Below, in pieces: positions 1-10,626 of a stretch of 26,744 nucleotides of DNA. The stretch spans positions 1-26,744 of the IMG/VR virus record IMGVR_UViG_3300037449_000060; one strand, 5' to 3'. The notes beneath the pieces are model-generated. The model was not told where the DNA came from. It ran no database searches and worked only from the letters and a program-made list of their open reading frames with translations. The position numbers and the translations under genes were made by a program. Positions within the stretch are counted from its first letter, which is position 1, and each line of letters opens with the position of its first letter. The stretch is from a virus (lineage: Duplodnaviria; Caudoviricetes).

Positions 1-151
1 TACCAGAAGGTATCAGTGCACCATTAGCAACACTACCTGCTATTCCGCCATTATAAAATGCAATAGAACCAACTGGTGCGGCAGCTATATTATCAAAAGT
101 TGCAGCAGTACCATATCCTGCACTTGTTGCGGTTACAATAAATTCTTTCAT
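1..151 (-). CDS. Structural protein, N-terminal part (runs off the window); positional equivalent of the crAss auxiliary capsid/gene-73-like protein
   Basis: ATG at 151, open to the window edge (MKEFIVTATSAGYGTAATFDNIAAAPVGSIAFYNGGIAGSVANGALIPSG...). Ala/Gly/Thr-rich. Identity inferred from synteny downstream of the capsid genes. Confidence 0.7.
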   Translation of the reverse strand, partial: MKEFIVTATSAGYGTAATFDNIAAAPVGSIAFYNGGIAGSVANGALIPSG

Positions 152-178
152 ATTTATATTATTATATTAATTATTAAA

Positions 179-562
179 TTAAGCAATAACTGCATTTACA
201 CCTTCACATAACCATTCTGTAGCACTTATAGCTAAACAGAATACAGCATTTAATGCACCAGCAGCAGATGCAGGTACAGTTATAACAGCAGGAGTACCTG
301 CTATACCATTTATAGTAATAGTATTAGCACTACCTATAACACTTAAAGTATTAGCTGAAGTACCTTTATTAATTATAAGTAATTGTGCACCTTGCACAGG
401 AGTAGGTAAAGTTACTTTACCTGCAATAGTATTAGTTACATAGGCAACATTTACACCTGCTGCAATAATACCAGTTGTAGCACCACCACTTGTGGCAGTA
501 TAACTCGCACTAGTCGTTCCTACATTAGGAAGATTAGATTTAAAAAGACTCATTAAGTTCAT
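179..562 (-). CDS. Small Ala/Thr/Gly-rich virion protein (decoration/fiber-like beta domain)
   Basis: 127-aa ORF tightly packed in the structural operon. The VTLPTPVQGAQLLIINKG motif resembles TLP..G...I.N beta-sandwich fiber/decoration domains. Confidence 0.6.
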   Translation of the reverse strand: MNLMSLFKSNLPNVGTTSASYTATSGGATTGIIAAGVNVAYVTNTIAGKVTLPTPVQGAQLLIINKGTSANTLSVIGSANTITINGIAGTPAVITVPASAAGALNAVFCLAISATEWLCEGVNAVIA

Positions 563-565
563 ATC

Positions 566-1645
566 TTATTCTTTTTTAATATTATCATTAATAACTTCTT
601 TATAATTTTGACTAGCAAGATTAGCCTTAGCTATTTCAACAGCTATATCAACAATCTCATCAGCTTGACTTAATTCACAACCTTGATTAGTCTTTATATT
701 AATTAATTTAGGTTTTCTAATATAGGTTATAGATGCACTTGTAATAGCAATAGTATTATTCTCATACAAATACAAGGAACTATTATCTAAAGTACATAAT
801 GGACTTTCCTGTAAGTTCTTTGTAAAGTAATAATCTAGCATCATACTATCAATACTACTAGATGATTCTAAGGAATTAGGAGCAGACATATTAGCAATTA
901 CTTTTGTTAAATCATAACTAATTAATGTACTCAAATCTTGTATATCATAGTTAATTCCACTACTTGAAGCACCAACTAAACTAAAACTAGTAGATGGTAC
1001 TCTATTAAGTATCATAAAATAGTTATAACTACCAATTGTAGTATAAAATAGTTCTATATTTCCATTTAAATTATTATAAGTATCTAAACAAATATTTATA
1101 GTCTCAAATACATTATCTGTATTTAAACTAGTAAATTCATATGTAGATAAATCTATAATATTAGTTGTAACTACACTACCATTATTATAACTTAATGCAA
1201 TATAAAAATTATTAAATACTCCAGTCTCAGGAAGTATAGGTATTGCAATATATTGTGCAATACCTGTACTAGCTAAAACTTTATTTAAATAATTACAATT
1301 ATATTTTAGAAAACTTCTACTATTAATAAGATGATAATAATCAAAAGGTAAAGGTAATAAAACTCTATCTATACCATTATAACTATTAAAATCACTATCA
1401 ATATAAGTAGGAGCACTAAAACTATTTTTTAATTCTCTTAAATCATCATATCTTTTTTGTGTATCTTCAAAGCCTTCTTTTTTAACATTTAGTTTCCTAC
1501 TACAACGAACATCTATAAATTGATACATAGCTCTATTTAGAAGCATATCTTTCTCCTCTGGCATTATAACTCTCTCACGATTGCTATTAAGCCATTGAGC
1601 CTTTATATCAAAAGCTATATGAAGTTCTTTTGCAGTAAGATACAT
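566..1645 (-). CDS. crAss-like head-tail ring/adaptor protein (gene-74-like)
   Basis: 359 aa. The N-terminus ELHIAFD...PEEKDMLLNRA...FEDTQKRYDDLREL and C-terminus ITYIRKP...EIVDIAV are typical of crAss ring proteins. Second gene after the MCP. Confidence 0.75.
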   Translation of the reverse strand: MYLTAKELHIAFDIKAQWLNSNRERVIMPEEKDMLLNRAMYQFIDVRCSRKLNVKKEGFEDTQKRYDDLRELKNSFSAPTYIDSDFNSYNGIDRVLLPLPFDYYHLINSRSFLKYNCNYLNKVLASTGIAQYIAIPILPETGVFNNFYIALSYNNGSVVTTNIIDLSTYEFTSLNTDNVFETINICLDTYNNLNGNIELFYTTIGSYNYFMILNRVPSTSFSLVGASSSGINYDIQDLSTLISYDLTKVIANMSAPNSLESSSSIDSMMLDYYFTKNLQESPLCTLDNSSLYLYENNTIAITSASITYIRKPKLINIKTNQGCELSQADEIVDIAVEIAKANLASQNYKEVINDNIKKE

Positions 1646-1647
1646 AA

Positions 1648-2676
1648 TTATTTATTTAAAGCTTTAAATTTAACTCTATATTCAGAAACCTTAGCTTGCT
1701 TAGTATCTAATGAAAAATAGGTTATAACCTCATTTATACTATGACCTAATATTAATTCAGGGTCAGAAGCATCAGTTATAATCTCAGTATTAGGAGTTCT
1801 CCTAAGTATATTAGCATTTATAAGTTTATTAATCTCAGCTTTTATAATCAAATTCTTATCATCAACTGTTTCAATAAACTTAGTTGCATCTTCTTTAGAT
1901 AAATTTTTAAGCAAGATATGCTTATCATCAACACTCATTCCTTTAATATCATGTCCTAAAGCTAATATTACATTATCTACTTTCTCTTCTTTAGATATAA
2001 GTTCTATATATTTTGCTAAGGACTTATCTTCTAATTTAGAAGCTTCTCTTCTAGTAGATTCTATTTCACCTTTAGAATACAAATAAAAAGCTATTCTAGG
2101 ACTCTTATCAACATCTTCAATCTTATTAGCAACTAAAGAATAATTTAAGCAATATCTCCAAAGTAAATAGTTAGGTATATTAATAGGAGTTGCATAAAGA
2201 TATTTCTTATTTTCAGGTATAATTTGTTTACCATCTTTACTATCTTTAAGAACTTTCATCAGAGATTTATCATCAACTATACTTTTAAATTCAAGAGCTA
2301 AACGAGTTATTTCTTCTCTTTTTTCTCTATCATTAAAATCATAAATGAATCCAACTTCTAATTCCATACCTTCTTCTTCAATTTCTACTCTTAGAGAATC
2401 CCAATAATCTTTAACTACATCATCCCAGCCAGAGGATATTGATTTTGGGTCTTTACCTAAAATAGTAGGCATAAGTACTTTCATTTCATCTCCATTGATA
2501 ATCATCTTGTTAACAGCACCAATAGTACTACCTATTTTTCTAGTACTCTCATCTAAACCAGATACTGTACCACTTACAGTATCTGGATTATCATGCTGTA
2601 GCTTAATATTTGAAAGCATAAAACTAGAGATGTTCTTACGCCTCATTATATATATTATATTACTATCTTTTATCAT
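1648..2676 (-). CDS. Conserved crAss-like protein downstream of the MCP (gene-75-like)
   Basis: 342 aa. Motifs PINIPNYLLWRYCL and VANKIED...PRIAFYLY, plus synteny. Confidence 0.7.
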   Translation of the reverse strand: MIKDSNIIYIMRRKNISSFMLSNIKLQHDNPDTVSGTVSGLDESTRKIGSTIGAVNKMIINGDEMKVLMPTILGKDPKSISSGWDDVVKDYWDSLRVEIEEEGMELEVGFIYDFNDREKREEITRLALEFKSIVDDKSLMKVLKDSKDGKQIIPENKKYLYATPINIPNYLLWRYCLNYSLVANKIEDVDKSPRIAFYLYSKGEIESTRREASKLEDKSLAKYIELISKEEKVDNVILALGHDIKGMSVDDKHILLKNLSKEDATKFIETVDDKNLIIKAEINKLINANILRRTPNTEIITDASDPELILGHSINEVITYFSLDTKQAKVSEYRVKFKALNK

Positions 2677-2733
2677 TTTATTATCTTTATAAGTTATAAC
2701 TCTTTTATAGATTAATTAGTATTTTAATTTATC

Positions 2734-4227
2734 TTAGTTCATTAACATTTCTGCCATATAAGATGTAGTCCAGTTGTACATATTAATACCCATAGAAGTC
2801 ATTACTTCATAAGTAGCAATATCTTTTCTATCAGATAACTGGTCTCCATTTCTAGCAATAGCAGCCCATTCAGCAGGTAAATTGGTTAAACCTTTATAAA
2901 CACCTGTTAATAGTTCTCTACCTTCTTCACATACTAAGGTTACATTTCTTTCTCCACCATCTGTCATAGAATGGTCTAGAAATACAAATGTATAAGATGA
3001 TAATGGAAGTCCACCAACCATCCTACCATTCTTTCTATCACTTTCTGCTAACAAACCTTGATTAAAGAAATTAGTTTCTGTAACACTAAGTAAATATCCA
3101 TCAACTGTACGATAATGTCTAAAATAATTACCATAAGTTAAATATTGTCCTTCTTTAGAAACAGATTCAATTTCCTGTTTCCCCATTGGTGTAAAATAAC
3201 CTTTAGCAAAGGCATCAGTTTTCATTGCATTATCAAACTGTCGCATACCACCTGCACCTGTATAAAGGATTATTTCCATAGGTGTTCTATCAACCCTATT
3301 AGTAAATATATTAGTTATGATAGAATCCCACATACTCCTTGTTAAAGTTGAGTATGTATTATATTGTCCAGTACTTTTAAGTATTTCAAATATACCAGCA
3401 CCTTTAGGAATAGGTTTTCCAGTTACTTCATCTTTTAAAGTAATCTGACCATTATTATCTCTATTGTATACAGATGTCCATAAATCAGTTTCAATATCAA
3501 GTCTCCTATCAATTTCAAATAGTTTCATTTCAAAAGGCATCCATAAATTAGTCTTACCTCCACCTTCTAAATCAAATTCAAATTTAGTAGCTTTATGAGC
3601 AATATTACCAGATATAACTTTAGAGAATCTCTGGAAACCAAACTGATTAGTCATCTTAGCTGGCCCCATAGAGTTACTTCTATTACCATCACTAAATGAT
3701 GCAGCAACAGAAGGAGCAGCCATAGTCCAGTAACAACCAGGTGTAAAATTATTTAAACTTACATATTCAGCATGATTACCTCCAACAATAACAAATGTAT
3801 ATAAATACATTCCATTAGCTTGTTTAGTAGGTTCACCTTGAATACGAAGCAAATGTTGTCTATCAGCAGTCATAGCACCATGCTGTCCAATAAACCAGTT
3901 ATCTTGCATATAAACTTGGAAAGGACTAAATCCTAATCCAGGTTTAGCAAGACCTGTATTGTATAAAGCATATACTTGAGAAGTATGTTTCATTCTTCCC
4001 ATTATATCCCATACATATTGGGTATCATTAAGTGCTTTAGGTTTCATAGGTTTAAGTAAACCTTGACCTTCTGTAGAACTTAATAAAGGAAACATATTAG
4101 AATCCTTACCCCAAAGGTATGTTAAATTCTTACTTAACTGTACTGGTTCAAGAAATTTATATTTATACATAATATCTTGGTCAGTATAGCCACTACTATC
4201 ATAAGTAGCTGTATATAGTTCACGCAT
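2734..4227 (-). CDS. Major capsid protein (crAss-like, HK97 fold)
   Basis: 497 aa. Motifs LTYLWGKD..FPL, YVWDIMGR, MTNQFGFQRFS, G.PIP.GAG and LYTGAGG match crAss MCPs as I recall them. Follows portal and scaffold. Confidence 0.92.
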   Translation of the reverse strand: MRELYTATYDSSGYTDQDIMYKYKFLEPVQLSKNLTYLWGKDSNMFPLLSSTEGQGLLKPMKPKALNDTQYVWDIMGRMKHTSQVYALYNTGLAKPGLGFSPFQVYMQDNWFIGQHGAMTADRQHLLRIQGEPTKQANGMYLYTFVIVGGNHAEYVSLNNFTPGCYWTMAAPSVAASFSDGNRSNSMGPAKMTNQFGFQRFSKVISGNIAHKATKFEFDLEGGGKTNLWMPFEMKLFEIDRRLDIETDLWTSVYNRDNNGQITLKDEVTGKPIPKGAGIFEILKSTGQYNTYSTLTRSMWDSIITNIFTNRVDRTPMEIILYTGAGGMRQFDNAMKTDAFAKGYFTPMGKQEIESVSKEGQYLTYGNYFRHYRTVDGYLLSVTETNFFNQGLLAESDRKNGRMVGGLPLSSYTFVFLDHSMTDGGERNVTLVCEEGRELLTGVYKGLTNLPAEWAAIARNGDQLSDRKDIATYEVMTSMGINMYNWTTSYMAEMLMN

Positions 4228-4248
4228 ATTATTTCAGTTTTAAATTAG

Positions 4249-5568
4249 TTATTTAACAGGTAATAGAATCTTACCAGTATTAGTATTAACATTAGGTCTA
4301 GCACTATTACTAGTTTGAGATTTCAATACCCGAATTTTCTTAACTTCACTATTGAGTATTTGTTCTTCAATAAATTGAGTTAAATCACCTTTAGTAAACC
4401 TTCTATAAGAATCAAACATATCATTATCAATATTCTGACCAGTCTTTACTAAATTAATCTTCTCCATATATAAATCATACTGATTGTGAGTCATCGTATT
4501 GTTAACACCATCAATATTATATATAAGAGGTTTAGAAATATAGTCCATATAATCATTGCTAGATTTCATAACAGGTTTACCATTCTCTATTATTTTTATT
4601 GTCTTAGGTATCGTATAAGTTTTATTCCCTATATTAAGCTTACCGCTATCTAACTTAGCTTTTACAGAAAGCCAATACTGTTTCTCAGTATCAAGGTCTC
4701 TAAGTCTTATATCATCAAGTTGTTTCTGTTGTCTTGTACGTAATTCAGTTTCTTTTCCTACAAGATAATCTTTAGCTGCTATAGCACCTTCAAATAGTTT
4801 ATTATCAGCAGTCAAATAATTAAGATATGTATTAGCTTGTTCTTTACTATCCCCTTTAGCAAGTCTTTCTTCAATTATAATATAACCTAATTGGTCTTTA
4901 TTATTCTTATCTAATACAATACTATCATAAGAGGTTTGTTTATTAAACCCTTCAAGATTACCATTATTAATAACAAGATGATTAATAACATCTTGTAATA
5001 TAGGATAAGCTTGTATTAACTTATTTTGTTCATCTTTAGCATATTGTTCCCCAAGTATCGTAGCAGTGTCAAGAGTATATTTTGTTAGACCTTCTTTTGT
5101 ATTCTCATAAACTAGAGGAACTCCATTATTATCCATTGGAGTAACTCCTGTTAATTTCTGTAATTCTTCTATAGATAATTCATCATCAGAAGTAACAGGT
5201 ACTTCATCCAATGTAGATAGTTCACTTTTTGTTTTAAATATAGAACCATCACTATTAAGAGCATTACCATCTTTATCTAATTTATAAGTTATTTCTTTAT
5301 TTTCTGCATCAAGTATTATTACTGATTCTTCATTAGTAACAACTGGTTGTGCAGCAATAGTTTTTAGTTGTTCAAGTTCAACTTTAGTCTTTATAACAAC
5401 ACCTTTATCATCAATAGCATTTCCTTCTGTATTAACTTTAAAAGTATCTTTACCAATAACTAAATCTGTGGTTATATTAGTTTTATCTCCTTCTGTAGGA
5501 GTTATAACTGTATTTTCTTTACCTTCATTACCAATAGGTAATACTATTTTTTTAACTTCTTCTGGCAT
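4249..5568 (-). CDS. Putative scaffolding protein (crAss gene-77-like, between portal and MCP)
   Basis: 439 aa, acidic N-terminus, helical C-terminus. Call rests on the conserved position between portal and MCP. Confidence 0.65.
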   Translation of the reverse strand: MPEEVKKIVLPIGNEGKENTVITPTEGDKTNITTDLVIGKDTFKVNTEGNAIDDKGVVIKTKVELEQLKTIAAQPVVTNEESVIILDAENKEITYKLDKDGNALNSDGSIFKTKSELSTLDEVPVTSDDELSIEELQKLTGVTPMDNNGVPLVYENTKEGLTKYTLDTATILGEQYAKDEQNKLIQAYPILQDVINHLVINNGNLEGFNKQTSYDSIVLDKNNKDQLGYIIIEERLAKGDSKEQANTYLNYLTADNKLFEGAIAAKDYLVGKETELRTRQQKQLDDIRLRDLDTEKQYWLSVKAKLDSGKLNIGNKTYTIPKTIKIIENGKPVMKSSNDYMDYISKPLIYNIDGVNNTMTHNQYDLYMEKINLVKTGQNIDNDMFDSYRRFTKGDLTQFIEEQILNSEVKKIRVLKSQTSNSARPNVNTNTGKILLPVK

Positions 5569-5606
5569 ATTATTATTTATTATCTGTTATTAAATCAGTT
5601 AGTTTG

Positions 5607-5673
5607 CAAAGATAAGTATAATATCCTTTGTTTGACAGTCTATTCATTATACTTATAAACAATTTTATAAACA
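5607..5673 (-). promoter_or_regulatory. Leftward promoter for scaffold+MCP: TATCTTTG -7 box with upstream tandem TGTTTATAA boxes
   Basis: Plus-strand caaagata at 5607-5614 reads TATCTTTG(CA) on minus, the Bacteroidota TAnnTTTG consensus. ttataaaca occurs at 5653-5661 and 5665-5673 (12-bp period). Confidence 0.75.
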
Positions 5674-5717
5674 ATTCCTGTGATAACATATATAATGTAA
5701 TCTTGTTACAATGCAAA

Positions 5718-8075
5718 TTAGTCTTGACTTACAGGAACTTTATCTACTTTCTTTTCATTAATTCTATGCTTCTCATTTACATCATGCTCTTTTAGAGCTA
5801 ACTCCCTTTTTTGTAACTCTAATTTATCTTCTTCAAGTTTTACATATTTATCTAAATCTTCTTTGCCCTCACCATCTTTACTAGATGATATAGCTTTTAT
5901 CATTTCTCTATCTTTAGCTCCAGCTTCTTTAATATTAGCTAATTCAATCTTATTTTCAAGTGTGGCTTTTAATCTTTCATCTTCATGCTGTTGAGATACT
6001 TCTTCTTTTTGAGTATCTTTATCTTTCATACTAGATTCAAATTCTCTAGTAGTCTTTTCATATTCATCTAATATCTTACATAATTCAGGGATATTATCAA
6101 TAGCTATTATTTTAGCAGCTAATCCAGTTCTATCATTCTGTGCAGCAGCAAAAGCAATCTTAGATAATTGTTCAAGTTTCTCATTATCTAATTTACTATT
6201 AGTAACATATACTCCCCAATTAGTATCATAATCTTCACCAGGTTCTATTTTAACAAATGTAGTATCATGTAAAATTTTATCTATATAACTACCTGCTGTA
6301 CCATCTATCCATGCTACTTTACTCCATTCTAAATCAGCTTGATGTTCTCTACGTAATGCTTCATTAAATACATATATCATTAATGCACTACCTAATCTAG
6401 CCATTGCTAAATTCTGTTGATTAGTTGTAGCAGTTCCACTGGCAGGTGCTTCACCAACTCTAGCATCGCTCATATGAGATATCTCTTGAGCCTCAGCTTT
6501 AATTTGTGCTTTAAAGTTAGTCAATGCAGCTACGAATCTTTCTATTGACTGAGCTTGTGTAACACCTATTTCTCTTACACCTTGAGCTATTGTATTAAAA
6601 TCAACCTCACTATCATCATAAACTAATGAATTATCAGCAAGCATTTGAGTCCATTTATCAACTATAGTTCCTGCTGCATCGTCATTAAGTAGCATTTTAG
6701 GAATAAGTATTATAGCAGCTTTAAATTTAGCTATAGTTCTTTCAATATGAAGTGTCATAATCCTATATAATACTAAATAAGGTATAAGTCTATGAGGTAT
6801 AGGATTAATAGCCATACCATTCATTATACCTTTTTTACCTCCAAAAGGACTTTTGCAAATACTCTTATTATTAGGGTCTCTACGTTGTACTAAACATGGT
6901 TGAGGTTTAGTATATACTCCTGCTCTATCATCACCAAATCTCTTTTGTATATAGAACTCATTAATCCATTCTTCTTCAATCTTAATATCTCCTAGTTCAG
7001 GATTAAGTATATAAGTTTCATCTACAGTCTTAGTTGTTATCTCACCCATTGCATTTAAATAGGTGAGTATCTTAATTAGTTTCTCAGTTTTATAACAAGC
7101 AATATATCTAGTTATAAGTCTATTATTATCTATTAAATCAAATTCAGTCTTGCCTTCAATTCTATTACCCATAAACTTTTCAAAAGATTCTCCATATCTA
7201 GTATGTAATAAAGATATAGGAACTGTAATTGGGCCATCTACATTACCTCTAGTAATAAGACTATCTATATAATCCCAATCTTTAGGGTCTATTTCATGTC
7301 TATGCTTATCTATAAATTCATTTATTGATATTCTACTAATCCATAAAAATCCATCCATATCTTCTACATACTCCTCACCATTATCTATAGGAAATCCCTC
7401 TAGAGGATTAATAATATCAGTATATACTTGGTCATTGACTATATACCTATATGTATAGTATTCTTCTGTAGCCCACCAATAAAAGAATCCAAGCATACGC
7501 TTAAACTCAAAATTATTAATATCATTAAGTAAATTGATTCTCTTTTGTCCTCTTATAGCTCTATCATCAATATACTTTTTAATAAAATCATCTGCAAATG
7601 CTTTGAAATCTGGCATTTGAGGCTGTTGTTTCTGCTGTTGTGCTTGCTGTTGAGTTTGCTTAATCAGAGCTATAAATGCTTCCTGCAGCTTAGGAAATAT
7701 AGTTTCTTGAAGTTTCTTATCTCTTAATAAAATTGCATCTCCATTATTAACTTTAACATGAAAAGTATATGGTAGTTGCATATATTCTCCTATACTATTT
7801 TCTTTAATAGGAGTTATAAAATCAACATCTCTTATCTTACCAGGAAGATAATCAGCTATATCTCCTATACCATCCCTTTTCTTTAAAGGACTAACTACAT
7901 ATTCAAATGTCTTAGCATCTATAATACCATTTGCAGCTTCTATATTTCTTGCTGTAAGTTCTTTATCATTAATAGCTATTGCTTTATTAATAATGAAATC
8001 ACACATAGGTTTATACCATTCTTGCTTTTGTTTATCAGCAGATGGAACTCTATGTTTAGGTTCGTATGTAAACAT
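5718..8075 (-). CDS. Portal protein
   Basis: 785 aa, immediately downstream of the terminase. Size and coiled-coil C-terminus are typical of crAss portals; IRDVDFITPI motif. Confidence 0.9.
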   Translation of the reverse strand: MFTYEPKHRVPSADKQKQEWYKPMCDFIINKAIAINDKELTARNIEAANGIIDAKTFEYVVSPLKKRDGIGDIADYLPGKIRDVDFITPIKENSIGEYMQLPYTFHVKVNNGDAILLRDKKLQETIFPKLQEAFIALIKQTQQQAQQQKQQPQMPDFKAFADDFIKKYIDDRAIRGQKRINLLNDINNFEFKRMLGFFYWWATEEYYTYRYIVNDQVYTDIINPLEGFPIDNGEEYVEDMDGFLWISRISINEFIDKHRHEIDPKDWDYIDSLITRGNVDGPITVPISLLHTRYGESFEKFMGNRIEGKTEFDLIDNNRLITRYIACYKTEKLIKILTYLNAMGEITTKTVDETYILNPELGDIKIEEEWINEFYIQKRFGDDRAGVYTKPQPCLVQRRDPNNKSICKSPFGGKKGIMNGMAINPIPHRLIPYLVLYRIMTLHIERTIAKFKAAIILIPKMLLNDDAAGTIVDKWTQMLADNSLVYDDSEVDFNTIAQGVREIGVTQAQSIERFVAALTNFKAQIKAEAQEISHMSDARVGEAPASGTATTNQQNLAMARLGSALMIYVFNEALRREHQADLEWSKVAWIDGTAGSYIDKILHDTTFVKIEPGEDYDTNWGVYVTNSKLDNEKLEQLSKIAFAAAQNDRTGLAAKIIAIDNIPELCKILDEYEKTTREFESSMKDKDTQKEEVSQQHEDERLKATLENKIELANIKEAGAKDREMIKAISSSKDGEGKEDLDKYVKLEEDKLELQKRELALKEHDVNEKHRINEKKVDKVPVSQD

Positions 8076-8080
8076 ATATC

Positions 8081-10327
8081 TTAGTTTTTATATTGATTAT
8101 AACCATATAAACCAAGAGACTTTATTGTGGTCATTCCAGCAGTCTTAATCTTAGCTTTAATATTTTTAGTCTTATAAGCCATTCTTTGATACATAGCAAC
8201 TTCTAATGATTTAACTCTATCATAGTTACCTTGTGAACTAAACTTTTGTATTTCTAATAAAGTAGGTACATCATATATATAATGAAATATATATCTTATT
8301 TTACCAGTTTTATCATCTACTCCAACAGGACTATATAGCCAATCTTTTAAATAAAGTGCTCCATTATCTGACATCTCTTTTCCACTAATATCTATACCAT
8401 AATCAGCATTCATATTCTCTTTAAGTTTTTCTGTTATAATACTCATAGGATTTCTGTATAACCATTTTAGCATACCCCATCTTCTAAAATTAGCTACAGT
8501 AACACCTCTATTAGTTTCAACTAACATCTTAGCATTATATCTTTCGCACAACAATAATGCAATTCTATCTACATCATCCATCTGTTCAGTCCTACCAACA
8601 TAACTTGCACATATTATATCACCTGGACTATTAGATATATTATTAGGATACATTATAACATATATTGAATTAAGAGAGTTCTTAGTAGTAACTTCCTTAA
8701 TTTTCTTATCTATTCCAACAGGGTCATAGCATACATAATATAAATCATTAGGTATTCTATCACCTTCTTCACTTAATGTATATGGAGGAAAAAACTCTCT
8801 AATACATCCATGTATATCATCCCCTTTTCTAAAAGGTACATTTTCAATAAATTGATGTATTTTAGTTCCATCTAATTTAAGAACCTCATTAGTTTTAAAT
8901 AATATAATTCCTTTATCATCTTTAACTAACATACCATCTCTATACCATTTGAAATCAGGATTGTTTCTTATATTATTTATATGAGTATTTAAATCAGGAC
9001 TAGTAAATAGATTCTCAATACCTGTACTAAATGATTCAGAAGGATAATTAGCATTCATGGCACAATGAATAGCATAGGAATCTTCTGTTGTATCAGCTAA
9101 TCTCTTAGCTTCTCTTTCAGCATCAGATATTCTTATTGCTACTTCATAATTGCTATTACCATCTTTATCCATAGCAAAGTTACCAAACTCATCTACACCT
9201 TCCAATGAAGTCCAATAAGGTTTAAAGAATCCACATACTTTATGCCTACTATCTTTATCCCATACATTTTCAAAAGGCATAAATTTATATAGTTCAGGGT
9301 TATAAAATAATTTTTCAAATTGAATCCAATTACCTTCTCTAGAACCACCAGTTCCAAATCCAGTTATAGTTCCTGTTTTATATGAACCTGCTCTTGTAGT
9401 AGGTTCAGATATATCTAATGTCTTCTCTAAATTAGGAAAGTTACTTAACTCTTCTAACTTTATATCTCTACAGTCTTTACCCATTGTAACATCTGGATTA
9501 TCTTTAGCACTCACTGCTAATATCATACTGAGATAACCTGCTTCTGTACCATCTGCTTCTTTAAATCCTACTTCTAATTCATCTACTGTTTTCTTTAATA
9601 ATCCTCTAGGACTACCATCTTTATTAAATCCTCCTCTAATAAAAGGAGTATGTTTCTCATAAAAATTCAATTGATTTTGAGCCATCTTAGATATTGCTCT
9701 ACCTGTAGTAACATATTCACTAAGATATGCAGCATGAACTATAATTGTATTAGGTTCTAAATTAATTGTATCAGCACTATCAATACCTTCCATATAACTA
9801 AATCCACCTCGTCTAGACTTACCAACAATCATATTATAACCATTATTCCTAGCAAATTCTTTAGATTGATAATACCAATATTGACTACCAAAGAATCTAG
9901 GAAAGCTCTCACTTTTATCAGCAGTAGATACTTTAGTATTTATACTATCCTCATCTATACTTATTATTCTACCATAATTTAAAAAGTTATAATGTTTACC
10001 TGTTATATGTAAATTCTCAATCTTACCATTTTTTAATTTACAAGGCATAGTTAATCCAAATCTCCTTCTATATTCTTCTCTTTCTCTAAATCTATTCCAC
10101 TCAGGACTATCAACTTCAAAATGAGTATATCTACCATATTTATCATAAAATCTAGCAACTTCTGTAAATAATTGAGTATTGATAAAATCAAAATCCATAT
10201 TAAATAAAAATCCACCACTATCACCTAGTAAGAAATTATTATCTAAATCTATAAAACCAGCTTGTGAACTAGTTTTATAACTAGATTTATCTTCTCTAAT
10301 ATATTCTATGAAACTATCATTATTCAT
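8081..10327 (-). CDS. terL: Terminase large subunit
   Basis: 748 aa. Walker A-like GKSRRGGFSY, Walker B-like KLEE, GTGG coupling motif, RNase H-like nuclease with YVCYDP and a C-terminal GNYDRV. Confidence 0.95.
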   Translation of the reverse strand: MNNDSFIEYIREDKSSYKTSSQAGFIDLDNNFLLGDSGGFLFNMDFDFINTQLFTEVARFYDKYGRYTHFEVDSPEWNRFREREEYRRRFGLTMPCKLKNGKIENLHITGKHYNFLNYGRIISIDEDSINTKVSTADKSESFPRFFGSQYWYYQSKEFARNNGYNMIVGKSRRGGFSYMEGIDSADTINLEPNTIIVHAAYLSEYVTTGRAISKMAQNQLNFYEKHTPFIRGGFNKDGSPRGLLKKTVDELEVGFKEADGTEAGYLSMILAVSAKDNPDVTMGKDCRDIKLEELSNFPNLEKTLDISEPTTRAGSYKTGTITGFGTGGSREGNWIQFEKLFYNPELYKFMPFENVWDKDSRHKVCGFFKPYWTSLEGVDEFGNFAMDKDGNSNYEVAIRISDAEREAKRLADTTEDSYAIHCAMNANYPSESFSTGIENLFTSPDLNTHINNIRNNPDFKWYRDGMLVKDDKGIILFKTNEVLKLDGTKIHQFIENVPFRKGDDIHGCIREFFPPYTLSEEGDRIPNDLYYVCYDPVGIDKKIKEVTTKNSLNSIYVIMYPNNISNSPGDIICASYVGRTEQMDDVDRIALLLCERYNAKMLVETNRGVTVANFRRWGMLKWLYRNPMSIITEKLKENMNADYGIDISGKEMSDNGALYLKDWLYSPVGVDDKTGKIRYIFHYIYDVPTLLEIQKFSSQGNYDRVKSLEVAMYQRMAYKTKNIKAKIKTAGMTTIKSLGLYGYNQYKN

Positions 10328-10349
10328 TTAATAATAACACTACTTTAAA

Positions 10350-10427
10350 CTATTTATTGAATTGCTTATCAGTTTCTTTGCCAATCTTTTCAGCTAATCG
10401 CTTCCAATATGATTTTCTATCTACCAT
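10350..10427 (-). CDS. Possible micro-protein (25 aa)
   Basis: ATG at 10427 to TAG at 10350: MVDRKSYWKRLAEKIGKETDKQFNK. Fills the gap before terL. Confidence 0.3.
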   Translation of the reverse strand: MVDRKSYWKRLAEKIGKETDKQFNK

Positions 10428-10446
10428 TCAACTAATAAATTGGTTA

Positions 10447-10605
10447 CTACTCAGTATATTTTTTAACTAATAAATTTATATCTTTTAAAAGTTTCTTATA
10501 GTTTGCTTTTCTAAACTTATATCCATAGAGTATAACACTTATAAAGTTATCTCTTTCTTTATCAGGCTCAACAATATTACCTGATATTTCTAATTTACTT
10601 TTCAT
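10447..10605 (-). CDS. Small hypothetical protein (52 aa)
   Basis: MKSKLEISGNIVEPDKERDNFISVILYGYKFRKANYKKLLKDINLLVKKYTE, with an AT-rich leader and a TAG TAA double stop. Confidence 0.65.
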   Translation of the reverse strand: MKSKLEISGNIVEPDKERDNFISVILYGYKFRKANYKKLLKDINLLVKKYTE

Positions 10606-10626
10606 ATTAAATTATTTAAATTAACA

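Noticed and set aside
2495-7727. Plus-strand ORFs 2495-2692, 3145-3345 and 7545-7727
   Set aside because: They are antisense shadows of well-supported structural genes.
2734-10327. Introns or inteins in terL, portal or MCP
   Set aside because: The ORFs are continuous and of the expected size, with no intein or homing-endonuclease motifs seen.
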